Source of the DNA: Candidatus Nanopusillus acidilobi
GTDB taxonomy: Archaea; Nanobdellota; Nanobdellia; Nanobdellales; Nanobdellaceae
Reading direction: 5' to 3'
Assembly: GCA_001552015.1 (NCBI GenBank)
Contig: CP010514.1
Location: forward strand, 300,001 to 332,000
Length of the DNA stretch: 32,000 nt
Of this stretch, positions 9,601 through 19,253 are shown piece after piece; the first letter of the stretch is position 1, and each line of letters begins with the position of its first letter. The notes under the pieces were generated by a model, which saw nothing but the letters and a program-made list of their open reading frames with translations, was not told where the DNA came from and did not search any database. A program made the translations under genes and the position numbers.

Positions 9601-9621
9601 TTATCTAAAAATATTTTAATT

Positions 9622-9876
9622 ATGAGCAAGGATGATAAAAAATTAAAAGAAATAGAAAAAATATATGAATCGATATTGCCATTTTTTACAAAAGAGGCAA
9701 TTGATAGATTATCGAACATAAAAGTTGTATATCCAGAAAAATTTATGCAGACTGTTTTGATTCTATATCAATATATTCAATCTGGTAAAATAAAAAAGAT
9801 AGATGACGAATTATTAAAAAATATATTATCAAAATTATCTGAAAGAAGAGAACCAAAAATAAGATTTATACATTAG
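9622..9876 (+). CDS. PDCD5/TFAR19-family DNA-binding protein
   Basis: IEKIYESILPFFTKEAIDRLSNIKVVYPEKFMQTVLILYQYIQSGKI...SKLSERREPKIRF matches the PDCD5 family. The ORF track start at 9544 adds 26 non-family residues; ATG at 9622 (MSKDDKK) is preferred. Confidence 0.88.
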   Translation: MSKDDKKLKEIEKIYESILPFFTKEAIDRLSNIKVVYPEKFMQTVLILYQYIQSGKIKKIDDELLKNILSKLSERREPKIRFIH

Positions 9877-10991
9877 CTTAATATTTTTTCAGGATGTTCT
9901 AATTTATCTGGTAAATATTTTTCTGCAACAAACTCTAATGAATTTGCTGCCAATGCATCCTGTTCAACTTTTATTCCATAATCTAACATTTTTCTAAATT
10001 GTCTTTGCCAATCTTTAGATTTTTTAAACCAAGGATAATTAGCTATTTCATTTAATCTTTTTATATCCCTCTGATTTAATTTTATTACTGCTCCTTTCTT
10101 TCTTAGATCATATTCATCTATATCATCAATTGTCATTCCTATAAATTTTACATCTGGAGTTGCTAATAATTCGGAAAATTGTGATAGATTCATAGATCCC
10201 CTTTTAATTACAGAATATATATAGAATCCCCATGGATCCCCATCTGTAAATACATAAACTGGTAAATTTTTTTCTTTTCTTAATCTATGTATTAATCTTC
10301 TAACACCTCTTGGAGATTGACCTTTACTAGTAATTAATATTGCTCCATATTTCTCTGGAAATCTTTCTTCAATTAACCTATCAAACATTGCTTCTTTTTC
10401 AACTACTAAAACAAAATCAGCATTTACATCTCCAATTTCTATATCTTCAATTGTTGATGGAACACTCCATCCGCCTCTTCCCAATTTTGAGCAATTCCAT
10501 TCATCACCTCTCTTTTTATCCCTTAAATATATATCCCCATATATCGCACCTCTTCCTTCAGCTTTTATATGAAATTGCTCTCTTATTGCTTTTATTGCTC
10601 TTTCTAAATCTTCAATTACAGCATCAGATTCACTTTGTTCTTCTATTGTATTTACATTTAATATTGGTATTGTATGCTTTAATTGATAATAAACTTCTCT
10701 TAAGCTTGCAGTTTTATCTGTTTCTACTAATTTTTTTGCTAAAGAAGCAACTAATAATGTTTGCATAAATCTTCTTACATGACCCAAATTAAAGAATTCT
10801 CTAGATTCAATTCTTTCTTTTAAAGTAATTATATCCCTTTTTTCATCATATTCAATATTTTTTATATTACCTCTTACAGCAAGTTTTATTGATGGACTTC
10901 CAGAAGAAAATTCATTATAAATTTCTTCAGCTAATTTTTTTATTCTATCTAAAACTTCTTCTTTAGATAATTTTTCTATATATTGGACCAT
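9873..10991 (-). CDS. top6A: DNA topoisomerase VI subunit A
   Basis: SLREVYYQLKHTIP (catalytic Tyr region), EAMFDRLIEERFPEKYGAILITSKGQSPRGVRRLIHRL, VYVFTDGDPWGFYIYSVIKRGS (Toprim) motifs. Confidence 0.97.
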   Translation of the reverse strand: MVQYIEKLSKEEVLDRIKKLAEEIYNEFSSGSPSIKLAVRGNIKNIEYDEKRDIITLKERIESREFFNLGHVRRFMQTLLVASLAKKLVETDKTASLREVYYQLKHTIPILNVNTIEEQSESDAVIEDLERAIKAIREQFHIKAEGRGAIYGDIYLRDKKRGDEWNCSKLGRGGWSVPSTIEDIEIGDVNADFVLVVEKEAMFDRLIEERFPEKYGAILITSKGQSPRGVRRLIHRLRKEKNLPVYVFTDGDPWGFYIYSVIKRGSMNLSQFSELLATPDVKFIGMTIDDIDEYDLRKKGAVIKLNQRDIKRLNEIANYPWFKKSKDWQRQFRKMLDYGIKVEQDALAANSLEFVAEKYLPDKLEHPEKILS

Positions 10992-11007
10992 TTTATTTTA
11001 TTATAAG

Positions 11008-12750
11008 TTAATTTAATAAGCTCAACTTATTCTTTTTAACATCATTTATTACTTCCATTATTGTATCTTCTAATTCTTTTTCACTTAATAGATTAATTTT
11101 TACTGCATCTTTTAACATATTTTTAATTAATGATACTGCTCTATCTTCTTTTCCCTCTTTTAATAGATTTTTTACTTCTCTAACAGATTTTAATATTTCA
11201 TATATATCATTTACCAATTCCTTCTTTATTCTTTCTTTTATTCTTTTTTCTGCATTTTCTTTTTCAATATCCAATATAGAGCTTAAAGAATCTATAACCT
11301 CTAATCCATATCCATATAAATTTTTATATTTATCGCCAATTGTTTCTAAAGCCTTCTTTTTCTTAATATATATTGATAATTCTCTTAATGCATTTTTAAT
11401 TCCCAATTCTATTTCTTTTACTATTTCATCATATGGCGCAATTGCTTCCTTTGATTCTGAGGTAAATGGTAACCAAACAGATGCAACATGAACTAATATT
11501 GCCATTGGATCTTTTGGAAATTCTCCCTCAACTTCAAATCCATAATGCTTCCAATTAATTTCTTTTAATGCATGTGTTATTGCATCTTCTCCTGGTTTAT
11601 ATAATAATGGTACTCTATTTGCAAATCTATAATATTGAAATTCATTTATTTCTCCACCATATGCAATTCCAACTTCTACTATAAATGGTATTCCTCTATA
11701 TAATGATGGTCTCCTTTTTATTGCAGCCATATATTCTGGTTTAAGTATATTTTCCATACTTTTTAATATTATATCTCTACCAAGAGTTACAATATATTTT
11801 GATGGAATTGCCCTTAATTTTGCATTTTGTAATGTATTATATAGTTTTATAATCTGATCATCATTTAAACTCTTCGGATCTATATCCGGATCTAATTTTG
11901 CTTTCTTTAGTATTTCTATTGCTGTATTTTGTCCTACAGATGAAAAAGTTTTAGTTAAAAAATTTAATAATGTTTTTTGATTTGTTTCTCTTATTAATCT
12001 ATCAAAATATCCTAATTCAATACCATATGGATGTGGCTTTACTTCTTTTAATTCTGGAATTTCATTTATTATTCTTTTATAAACAAATTTCTCTCCATCT
12101 GGATTTTTATAAATTATATTTGCATGTGGATTTATCAAAGCAGTTAATTTAATATATTCATCAACAGATTGTTTACCCTTTATATATTGACCTATTATTT
12201 TTGCTTTTACAATTGTTCCACTCTCTTTTTTCACTTCAACTTCTTCTTTTTCTAAAATTATTGGGGTATTTGTTTTTACATCAATCTTTATCTTATATTT
12301 TATTCCTTTTTCTTTATTTTTCATTTTTGTAATAATTTCTACTGGTTCTTTTGCTGTAAGTTGTGAATATAGAGTAACTGCCGAGGCACCAATACCTTGT
12401 TTTCCTCTTGTTGATATAAATCTATGAAACTTTGAACCAAATAGAAAACTACCAAATATTTCTGGAACACTCTCATATGGTATACCTGGTCCATTATCTT
12501 CTACAGTTACTTTATAAGTATCCTCTTCTAATTTATCTATTTCAACCTTTATATCCGGAAGTATTCTATATTCTTCACATGCATCTAATGAATTATCAAC
12601 ATATTCTTTTACTGCAATTAGTAGTGCCTTCCTAGGACTATCAAATCCCAATAGATGTCTATTTCTTTCAAAAAATTCTGCTACAGATATTCTTTTAAAT
12701 TTTTTATATAATTCAGCTTCCTGAACATTTTGTTTAATTTTTTCTTTCAT
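11008..12750 (-). CDS. top6B: DNA topoisomerase VI subunit B
   Basis: GHKL ATPase motifs AVKEYVDNSLDACEE, VTVEDNGPGIP, STRGKQGIGASAVTLYSQLT; YYRFANRVPLLY; adjacent to subunit A. Confidence 0.97.
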   Translation of the reverse strand: MKEKIKQNVQEAELYKKFKRISVAEFFERNRHLLGFDSPRKALLIAVKEYVDNSLDACEEYRILPDIKVEIDKLEEDTYKVTVEDNGPGIPYESVPEIFGSFLFGSKFHRFISTRGKQGIGASAVTLYSQLTAKEPVEIITKMKNKEKGIKYKIKIDVKTNTPIILEKEEVEVKKESGTIVKAKIIGQYIKGKQSVDEYIKLTALINPHANIIYKNPDGEKFVYKRIINEIPELKEVKPHPYGIELGYFDRLIRETNQKTLLNFLTKTFSSVGQNTAIEILKKAKLDPDIDPKSLNDDQIIKLYNTLQNAKLRAIPSKYIVTLGRDIILKSMENILKPEYMAAIKRRPSLYRGIPFIVEVGIAYGGEINEFQYYRFANRVPLLYKPGEDAITHALKEINWKHYGFEVEGEFPKDPMAILVHVASVWLPFTSESKEAIAPYDEIVKEIELGIKNALRELSIYIKKKKALETIGDKYKNLYGYGLEVIDSLSSILDIEKENAEKRIKERIKKELVNDIYEILKSVREVKNLLKEGKEDRAVSLIKNMLKDAVKINLLSEKELEDTIMEVINDVKKNKLSLLN

Positions 12751-12783
12751 TTAAAAAATATTTATTTTTAATATTTTAAAATG

Positions 12784-13305
12784 TTATTTAATATATCTTG
12801 CAAATTCTTTATCTTTATTCCTCAAATCTTTTATATATTTGTCTAAATAATTGAATACTGTACTATGTTTTTCCCCCTTTATTATTCTTTTTATTCCTTC
12901 ATATGCTGATTGTAAAGAAATACTATCTCCAAGTATGTATATATATTTATCTTTAATAATTATATCAGCATTTGTCCTTTTCCTCAATTCTTCTAGCACT
13001 TTTCCTTCTTCTCCAATAATTCTTCCCTTTACTCTAATTATATGATTTATTTTCTTTTCAAATACCTGTTTTAAATCAATTTCTAATATATCCCAATCAT
13101 TATCTAATATATTTAATAATTTTTCAATATCAAAACCTGCCTTTAATCCTTTTATAAATTTATCAAATTTATATAAGAAATAGAAGTCTTCATAATAGAC
13201 AATTATTTTATTTTTATTTCTATTATATTTTATATTTCTCTCTTTCAATAAATTTTCAAGTTCATTTACTTTTATATCCTTTATATCAAATTCATATATA
13301 TACAT
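12784..13305 (-). CDS. KH-domain protein, Krr1/Pno1 (Dim2)-like
   Basis: IIRVKGRIIGEEGKVLEELRKRTNADIIIKDKYIYILGDSISLQSAYEGIKRIIKGEKHSTVFNYLDK resembles the archaeal Pno1-like KH repeat. Confidence 0.83.
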   Translation of the reverse strand: MYIYEFDIKDIKVNELENLLKERNIKYNRNKNKIIVYYEDFYFLYKFDKFIKGLKAGFDIEKLLNILDNDWDILEIDLKQVFEKKINHIIRVKGRIIGEEGKVLEELRKRTNADIIIKDKYIYILGDSISLQSAYEGIKRIIKGEKHSTVFNYLDKYIKDLRNKDKEFARYIK

Positions 13306-13329
13306 AAAAATAATATATTGTAAAAATTT

Positions 13330-14190
13330 TTATACAGTTATTTGATTTAAAACATCTAAATTTAATTCTCTATTTATTTTATAAAATGGTTGTACTTTTA
13401 GTCCTTCATGCAATGTAATTCTCGATCCTCTATAAAATATACCAACAGGAATTTTTGCATCTTCTCTTAATGTATAATCATATTCTAAAGCCCTTTTTAA
13501 TGCTTCATCAAAATTTGTTGGATCATGTCCTATATCTTCTAATTTATACATATGTGATTCATAATATTTCCTTGTATCATGTTGAACAATACATGGTTGA
13601 ATTATATCTACAAATGCAAATCCTTTATGTAATATTGCTTCTTTCATTATATATTTCAAATGGTCTACCCATAATGCATATCCTCTAGCAACAAATGTAG
13701 CACCAGATATCAATGCTAATGCAATTGGATTTAATGGTTTTTCAAATATTTTCATACCTAAAGATTTTGAATAAAATCCTTCTTCAGTAGTAAATGTATG
13801 TTGAGCAGTTGTTAATGCAAATACTTGATTATTATGAACAAATAGCTTTACATCCGCATTTTCTTTGCATGAAGAAACAAAATGATCTATTCCTTCATTA
13901 TATGTATCCCCATCTCCTTGAAATACTAAAACAGTTAATTCTGGATTTCCCATCTTTATTCCAACTCCTAATGATAATGCTCTTCCATGTAATCCACTAA
14001 ATGAACTCAAATTTAAATAATTATGTATCTTTGCTGCACATCCAATTCCTGATGTAAATACAATCTTCCTTCTATCAATTTTACCTTCAGATTCCAATTC
14101 TTTTAAAGTAGAGATTATTGCTGTATATATACCAAAGTTCGTACAACCAGGACACCATGTAATTTGATAACCAGTCCTTAGATCTTCCAT
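13330..14190 (-). CDS. 2-oxoacid:ferredoxin oxidoreductase, beta subunit
   Basis: TWCPGCTNFGI, SGIGCAAKIHNYLNLSSFSGLHGRALSLGVGIKMGNPELTVLVFQGDGDTYNEG...VHNNQVFALT (TPP-binding GDG...NN motif). Confidence 0.92.
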   Translation of the reverse strand: MEDLRTGYQITWCPGCTNFGIYTAIISTLKELESEGKIDRRKIVFTSGIGCAAKIHNYLNLSSFSGLHGRALSLGVGIKMGNPELTVLVFQGDGDTYNEGIDHFVSSCKENADVKLFVHNNQVFALTTAQHTFTTEEGFYSKSLGMKIFEKPLNPIALALISGATFVARGYALWVDHLKYIMKEAILHKGFAFVDIIQPCIVQHDTRKYYESHMYKLEDIGHDPTNFDEALKRALEYDYTLREDAKIPVGIFYRGSRITLHEGLKVQPFYKINRELNLDVLNQITV

Positions 14191-14247
14191 GATATAGATA
14201 ATATATACCTAAAAATAAAAGGTTAAAGATTAACTAAAAAGTGGAAA

Positions 14248-15663
14248 TTATTTTGTAATTCTTATAATTAATCCGTTAGAATATTTAACTCTATCCCAAG
14301 CTAAATATTTATATCTTAGTTCTGCTCTTGGTAATTCTATATTTTTATATTCTTTTATATCTTTAGCTTCTAATGTATAAGAAATAACTATTTCCTCATT
14401 TCTTCTTATATTTTCAAATTTCCAGTTAAAGCTATAGTTATTATCTACTTTATAAACTGAAGATGGTTCTACAATTTTATATTCTTTTACTTTTAATGGT
14501 GCATTTACTCTATCTACTAATTTAACTTGATTTAATGAAAATACACTTTTATTTTTTATATTTATTGTTACATCTATTGTTTCTTTATCCAAATCAATCT
14601 TTAATATTTCTTTTGATATTTCTACATTATCTCTTAAGAATACATACAGTATTATAAACAATATTATCAATATTGCAACTATAATTTCAGCTAATAATAG
14701 ATAATTGAAGTTTTCATATATTGTATAAGATTGTCCTGGTAATAAATATACATTATATATTGCATATTTAGAGCCATTTATATTACCAATATAATATTTG
14801 TTTGGATAAAATGTAGAAAATGTTCCATAGTAAATTTGTAAATAATATGTATAATTAATTGGATAATTATATGGATTTTTTATATTTATTATATATTCTA
14901 ATCCATTTTTAGTTATTTCTATTATTGGAGTTGTATTTAATTGAAAAACTGTGAAATTTAGATAATATGTATTATTATTTGAATATACTATCAATTGATG
15001 CTCTCCTATAGAAACATTATTTGATATAAATATTGGAATCTGATATATATTTACCCCAGGACTCAATGTCTCATTATAGAATGCTGAAAAATTAATATCA
15101 GAAGATATATTAATTGATAAATTTTGACTGAAATTATTTGGATTATTTATTATTCCTATTAAATATATAAAGCTATTTTGAGCTACTGTTGAACTAGATA
15201 ATTCAAAGTTTATAGATAATGGCAAAATAATAGTTGAATTTGTTATTGTTGGTTGACTATAATACAATACTGGAGTAAATTGAATTATATCTGAATAGTA
15301 TTCTGATGTAATATTTATATTATGTAAATATACGACTATTTCAGGTATTTGATTAATAAAACCTAAAGGTCTCATATATATTTCTATATTTTCTAATTGA
15401 CCAGGAGATATATATCCAGAAATCATTGTATTATTTTCTCCTATAATAAAGAACCATTGAGAAGATAGTGGAGAAATATCATAATAGTATGTATAATTTG
15501 TAGGATTGTATATATTTATTTCATATACTGCATAACTATTTGGATTTGATATATTAATCTGGTTATTTATTACCGTTGGATATCCAACTATTGGTTGCTG
15601 TGAATAAACTTCTAACATTATTGGTATCATCAAAATACCTAACAAAAGCTTCCTCCAATCCAT
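14248..15663 (-). CDS. Secreted/membrane-anchored surface protein with CARDB/NEW3-like beta domains
   Basis: N-terminal signal-like segment (KLLLGILMIPIMLEVYS), many N-x-S/T sequons in the ectodomain, a TM segment (LLAEIIVAILIILFIILYVFL), then a C-terminal beta-rich cytoplasmic domain. Confidence 0.55.
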   Translation of the reverse strand: MDWRKLLLGILMIPIMLEVYSQQPIVGYPTVINNQINISNPNSYAVYEINIYNPTNYTYYYDISPLSSQWFFIIGENNTMISGYISPGQLENIEIYMRPLGFINQIPEIVVYLHNINITSEYYSDIIQFTPVLYYSQPTITNSTIILPLSINFELSSSTVAQNSFIYLIGIINNPNNFSQNLSINISSDINFSAFYNETLSPGVNIYQIPIFISNNVSIGEHQLIVYSNNNTYYLNFTVFQLNTTPIIEITKNGLEYIINIKNPYNYPINYTYYLQIYYGTFSTFYPNKYYIGNINGSKYAIYNVYLLPGQSYTIYENFNYLLLAEIIVAILIILFIILYVFLRDNVEISKEILKIDLDKETIDVTINIKNKSVFSLNQVKLVDRVNAPLKVKEYKIVEPSSVYKVDNNYSFNWKFENIRRNEEIVISYTLEAKDIKEYKNIELPRAELRYKYLAWDRVKYSNGLIIRITK

Positions 15664-15701
15664 GTATAATATGTTTTAATTTAAATATATAAATTATTAT
15701 A

Positions 15702-16502
15702 TTAAGTGTATATCAAACCTATTAGACTAACTATTATTGCTATACTACCAAGTATATAGTCTATATAATATATTTTTTTACTTTTTGCTAATTTCATCAA
15801 AATACCAATAGTTAGATAACCAACTATAAAAGAAACAATTATTGCAGTTAGAATTCCATAATATCCTATAGTAGATGCTACATACATAATGTTAGATTTA
15901 GAAGCTAATATGGTTAAGAAAAATGCTCCAAGAGCTGCTGGTATATATAAAATATATGAAAGAGAAAAAGAAAATTTTGGATCATATTCCATTAATAACA
16001 TAGTAGATACTGTAATTCCAGATCTACTAACACCAGGTAAAGCAGCAAGTCCCTGTGCAATTCCAATAATAATTATATCCCTTAAATTAAGATCTTTTTT
16101 ATCCTTTATTTTTATTTTATTTCTTGTATAATATATATATATTCCATCTAAAATAAGTATTAATCCTAAAATTATCATTGGTATTGATACATTATATGCA
16201 TTTTCTAACAATTTATCAGAAATAATATATAAAGGAGCACCAACCAATCCTGTAAAAATTATTGCAATAATTATATAATATAACATTTTTTTATCCTTCA
16301 ATATTTGATATATATCCTTCCTAAAATATAATAAAGCAGAAAATACAGTTCCAATTTCCATAAATAATCCAAATGTATATCCAATTGAAGGATTAATATT
16401 TAGTAAATAATTTGAAGCTATTAGAATTTGTGTTTTGCTACTTATTGGCAACCATTCACTGATACCTTGAATTATTCCCAATATTATTGGATATAAATTC
16501 AT
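15702..16502 (-). CDS. uppP: Undecaprenyl-diphosphatase UppP/BacA family
   Basis: GIIQGISEWLPISSKTQ and GIAQGLAALPGVSRSGITV signature motifs in a multi-spanning protein. Confidence 0.95.
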   Translation of the reverse strand: MNLYPIILGIIQGISEWLPISSKTQILIASNYLLNINPSIGYTFGLFMEIGTVFSALLYFRKDIYQILKDKKMLYYIIIAIIFTGLVGAPLYIISDKLLENAYNVSIPMIILGLILILDGIYIYYTRNKIKIKDKKDLNLRDIIIIGIAQGLAALPGVSRSGITVSTMLLMEYDPKFSFSLSYILYIPAALGAFFLTILASKSNIMYVASTIGYYGILTAIIVSFIVGYLTIGILMKLAKSKKIYYIDYILGSIAIIVSLIGLIYT

Positions 16503-16553
16503 TTTTCATACATTATTGAATACCTTTAAAAATTTTATTAAAAAGACTAATTT

Positions 16554-17339
16554 ATGATTAAAAATTATATATTGTCATCAATTTTTTATATAGCATCTTC
16601 TATAGCTTTATACTTTTCTTATATATATTCTTTAGATTTAATAAAAAATCTAATATCTTCAACAATAAATTATAGTCTTTTATTTATCTTATCAATTATT
16701 TTATTATCCTTTTTAATAACATTCTATTTAGGAACATATTTCTCAAGAGAAATAGAAAATAAAGCCTTCTATTTAATTATTGGAATTATATATTATGTTA
16801 TTGGTCTTCTATTGTTTAAGAATTTTATAAACATATATATAACTATTTCATTATTCTTTATATTTAAAATAATAAAAATAGAATATTCTATTTTTGCAAT
16901 GTTAATATATTTTTTATCAATTTTATTCCTTGTTCTTAAAAATTCAGTATTTATAAATATAGTAAATCAATTTATGCATAATAAGTTAGAAAGTCTTTAT
17001 ACTTCTAATATAAATGACTTATATCAAATGTATGAATACCAATTGTTGAATACATATATTAGTGGTTATGAAACAGCAATGAGTATTTTAGAAAATGAAG
17101 GTGATATAAATGGAGCATATATATTATATAATAATTTAACATATGTAAATCAAACATTCTTAAATAACTTAAATTCAACACTAAATGAATATCTAAATCA
17201 ATATAATCAGACTATTAATTATAAATTAGAAAATATTATAAACAGTTTTTCACTTGAAATAAACATATCAATTGCTTTATTCTTTATTACCATATTTGGA
17301 ATATTTTTAGAAATAAATAAAAGAGCGGAAGGTTTATAA
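16554..17339 (+). CDS. Uncharacterised membrane protein
   Basis: 261-aa ORF with N-terminal hydrophobic segments, a long polar region rich in N/Q/Y and a C-terminal TM. No family recognised. Confidence 0.5.
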   Translation: MIKNYILSSIFYIASSIALYFSYIYSLDLIKNLISSTINYSLLFILSIILLSFLITFYLGTYFSREIENKAFYLIIGIIYYVIGLLLFKNFINIYITISLFFIFKIIKIEYSIFAMLIYFLSILFLVLKNSVFINIVNQFMHNKLESLYTSNINDLYQMYEYQLLNTYISGYETAMSILENEGDINGAYILYNNLTYVNQTFLNNLNSTLNEYLNQYNQTINYKLENIINSFSLEINISIALFFITIFGIFLEINKRAEGL

Positions 17340-17365
17340 ACATTTCTATGATATAAAATATTCTT

Positions 17366-17680
17366 ATGAAATTTTGTCCAAAATGTGGGAGCTTAATGAA
17401 AAAAGAAGGTAACTATTTAGTATGTCCAAATTGCGGATATAAAGAAAAAATAAAAGATGAAAATTCTTTATTACTTACAGAAAATATAAATAAATCTTCA
17501 GAAATTACAATTATGGAAGAAGATTATAAATTATATCCAATTGATAATGAGGTTGTATGTCCTAGATGTGGAAATAAGGGAGCATATTTCTGGTCTATTC
17601 AAACAAGAGCTGGAGATGAAGGTGAAACAAAATTTTATAGATGTGTAAAGTGCGGATATACATGGAGAGTATATGATTAA
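17366..17680 (+). CDS. tfs: Transcription factor S (TFS; TFIIS/Rpb9-like)
   Basis: Two zinc ribbons: FCPKCGSLM...VCPNCGYK and VVCPRCGNKGAYFWSIQTRAGDEGETKFYRCVKCGYTWRVYD. Confidence 0.92.
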   Translation: MKFCPKCGSLMKKEGNYLVCPNCGYKEKIKDENSLLLTENINKSSEITIMEEDYKLYPIDNEVVCPRCGNKGAYFWSIQTRAGDEGETKFYRCVKCGYTWRVYD

Positions 17681-18182
17681 AAAAATAAAAGAACTAATAG
17701 TAAGAATATTTTTTGGAGATGATTATTTAAGTGATATACTATTTATAATATTTATATTTGTTGTATATTTTATTATTCAAATTGTATATCCTCCATTATT
17801 TTCAGTAATAGTATCTCCAAGCATGGAACATTATTATTTTAATTTCCAAAAATATGAACAATATAATATTACACAACAAGAATTTTCTCAATTTCCATAT
17901 CCAAATGGATTATATGTTGGTGATATAATAGTAATTTTACCAATTAATACACAATATTTAGAAATTGGTGATGTTATTCTATATAAAGGAATATCATTAT
18001 ATAAAAATGAAGATATTTTTCATAGAATTGTTGGTTATAATAATAGTAACTTTATAATTATGGGTGACAATAATCCTGGACCAATAATATTTGAAGGAGA
18101 AAATAATATGAATCCAAATAGAATTATTGGAATAGGAATATTAAGGATACCTTTACTTGGATATATTAAGCTTCTGATTTAG
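17673..18182 (+). CDS. Archaeal Sec11-type signal peptidase I
   Basis: TM segment followed by VIVSPSMEH (Ser), VGDIIVILP, GDVILYKG, DIFHRIVGY (His in place of Lys), FIIMGDNNPGP. Confidence 0.9.
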   Translation: MIKKIKELIVRIFFGDDYLSDILFIIFIFVVYFIIQIVYPPLFSVIVSPSMEHYYFNFQKYEQYNITQQEFSQFPYPNGLYVGDIIVILPINTQYLEIGDVILYKGISLYKNEDIFHRIVGYNNSNFIIMGDNNPGPIIFEGENNMNPNRIIGIGILRIPLLGYIKLLI

Positions 18183-19253
18183 TTTTCTATATATTTCCTT
18201 TATTTCATAATAAGAATCTTTCTTTGATAAATTTCTATTTAATATTCCAAATTTTGCATTATATCCAAAATCCCATTCATAATTATCCATCAAGGACCAA
18301 ATAAAATATCCTCTTATATTATATTTTTCTTTATTTTTTAAAAAATAATGTAAATATCTTTTAATAGTTCTAACCCTTTGAAATTCATCTTCAGTATTTA
18401 TTCCATTTTCTGTTATAAATATTGGCTTATCCAAATTCTTTAAAATATCATCTAATATAGATACACTAAAAGATGATTTTCTCTCATCTATATCCTTTAT
18501 ATTTTTATATATACCATAATAGTTTATTCCATAGAAATCTATTTCTTTTGGAAATAATAAATGAATATTTGAACTTATTACATCCTTTAATAAAAAGTTA
18601 AATGGTAATTTTAATAATGATAAATTTTCTGTATATATTAAATAAACATTAAATTCTTTTGCTATTTTATATAATTCCTTATTTGCATAAAATATATTAT
18701 CTAATATCGCTATTGTGTTCTTTAAATCTTTTACTGAATTTATTTTTTTAAATGGAGGCCATTTACCAAAAATATAAGAAGATAATATATATATCCATGG
18801 TTCATTAAATGATATAAAATACTTAACCCCCAATTTTGAAAATGTATCAATTATAAAATATGAATAATCAATAAAGTATTCTATATTTTCTTTATTTTCC
18901 CATCCTCCCAAATTATAAAACCATAGAGGATTGACATAATGCCACAAGGTTATAAATGGTTCTATATTATTTTTTATTAATTTATCAGTAAATTCTACAT
19001 ATCTTTTCATACTGTAATAATCTATCTTATTTTCACTTGGATATATTCTAGCCCAATCTATTGAAAATCTAAAAGCATTTGCATTTAGATCAATTAATAT
19101 TGGAATTATATCAAAATATCTTTCCCATAAATTACATGCATTATCTATTTCTGGTAACTTTCCCGTTTTAATAAAATAATACCAATCCTGATTATTATAA
19201 TTTCCCTCTGTTTGAAATGATGATATTGAAAATCCTAAATAGAACTTATCCAT
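18153..19253 (-). CDS. Glycoside hydrolase family 1 (beta-glycosidase)
   Basis: GISSFQTEG, FRFSIDWARIYPS, FITLWHYVNPLW, FISFNEPW (acid/base Glu), PIFITENGI (nucleophile Glu), RGYFIWSLMDNYEWDFGYNAKFGI. Confidence 0.94.
   Translation of the reverse strand: MDKFYLGFSISSFQTEGNYNNQDWYYFIKTGKLPEIDNACNLWERYFDIIPILIDLNANAFRFSIDWARIYPSENKIDYYSMKRYVEFTDKLIKNNIEPFITLWHYVNPLWFYNLGGWENKENIEYFIDYSYFIIDTFSKLGVKYFISFNEPWIYILSSYIFGKWPPFKKINSVKDLKNTIAILDNIFYANKELYKIAKEFNVYLIYTENLSLLKLPFNFLLKDVISSNIHLLFPKEIDFYGINYYGIYKNIKDIDERKSSFSVSILDDILKNLDKPIFITENGINTEDEFQRVRTIKRYLHYFLKNKEKYNIRGYFIWSLMDNYEWDFGYNAKFGILNRNLSKKDSYYEIKEIYRKLNQKLNISK

Noticed and set aside
9544-9621. N-terminal extension of the PDCD5 ORF from the track.
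   Set aside because: The 26 extra residues are hydrophobic and non-homologous, and overlap the slipin start; ATG 9622 matches the family and TATA spacing.
10340-10768. 142-aa plus-strand ORF inside topoisomerase VI subunit A.
   Set aside because: Leucine/histidine-rich shadow ORF opposite a conserved gene; no motif.
17748-17950. Insertion between the catalytic Ser (SPSME) and GDIIV in the signal peptidase as a novelty.
   Set aside because: Similar extended loops (a ...FPxxNGxxxGDI pattern) are, to my recollection, common in archaeal/DPANN S26 peptidases, so it was not counted as new.
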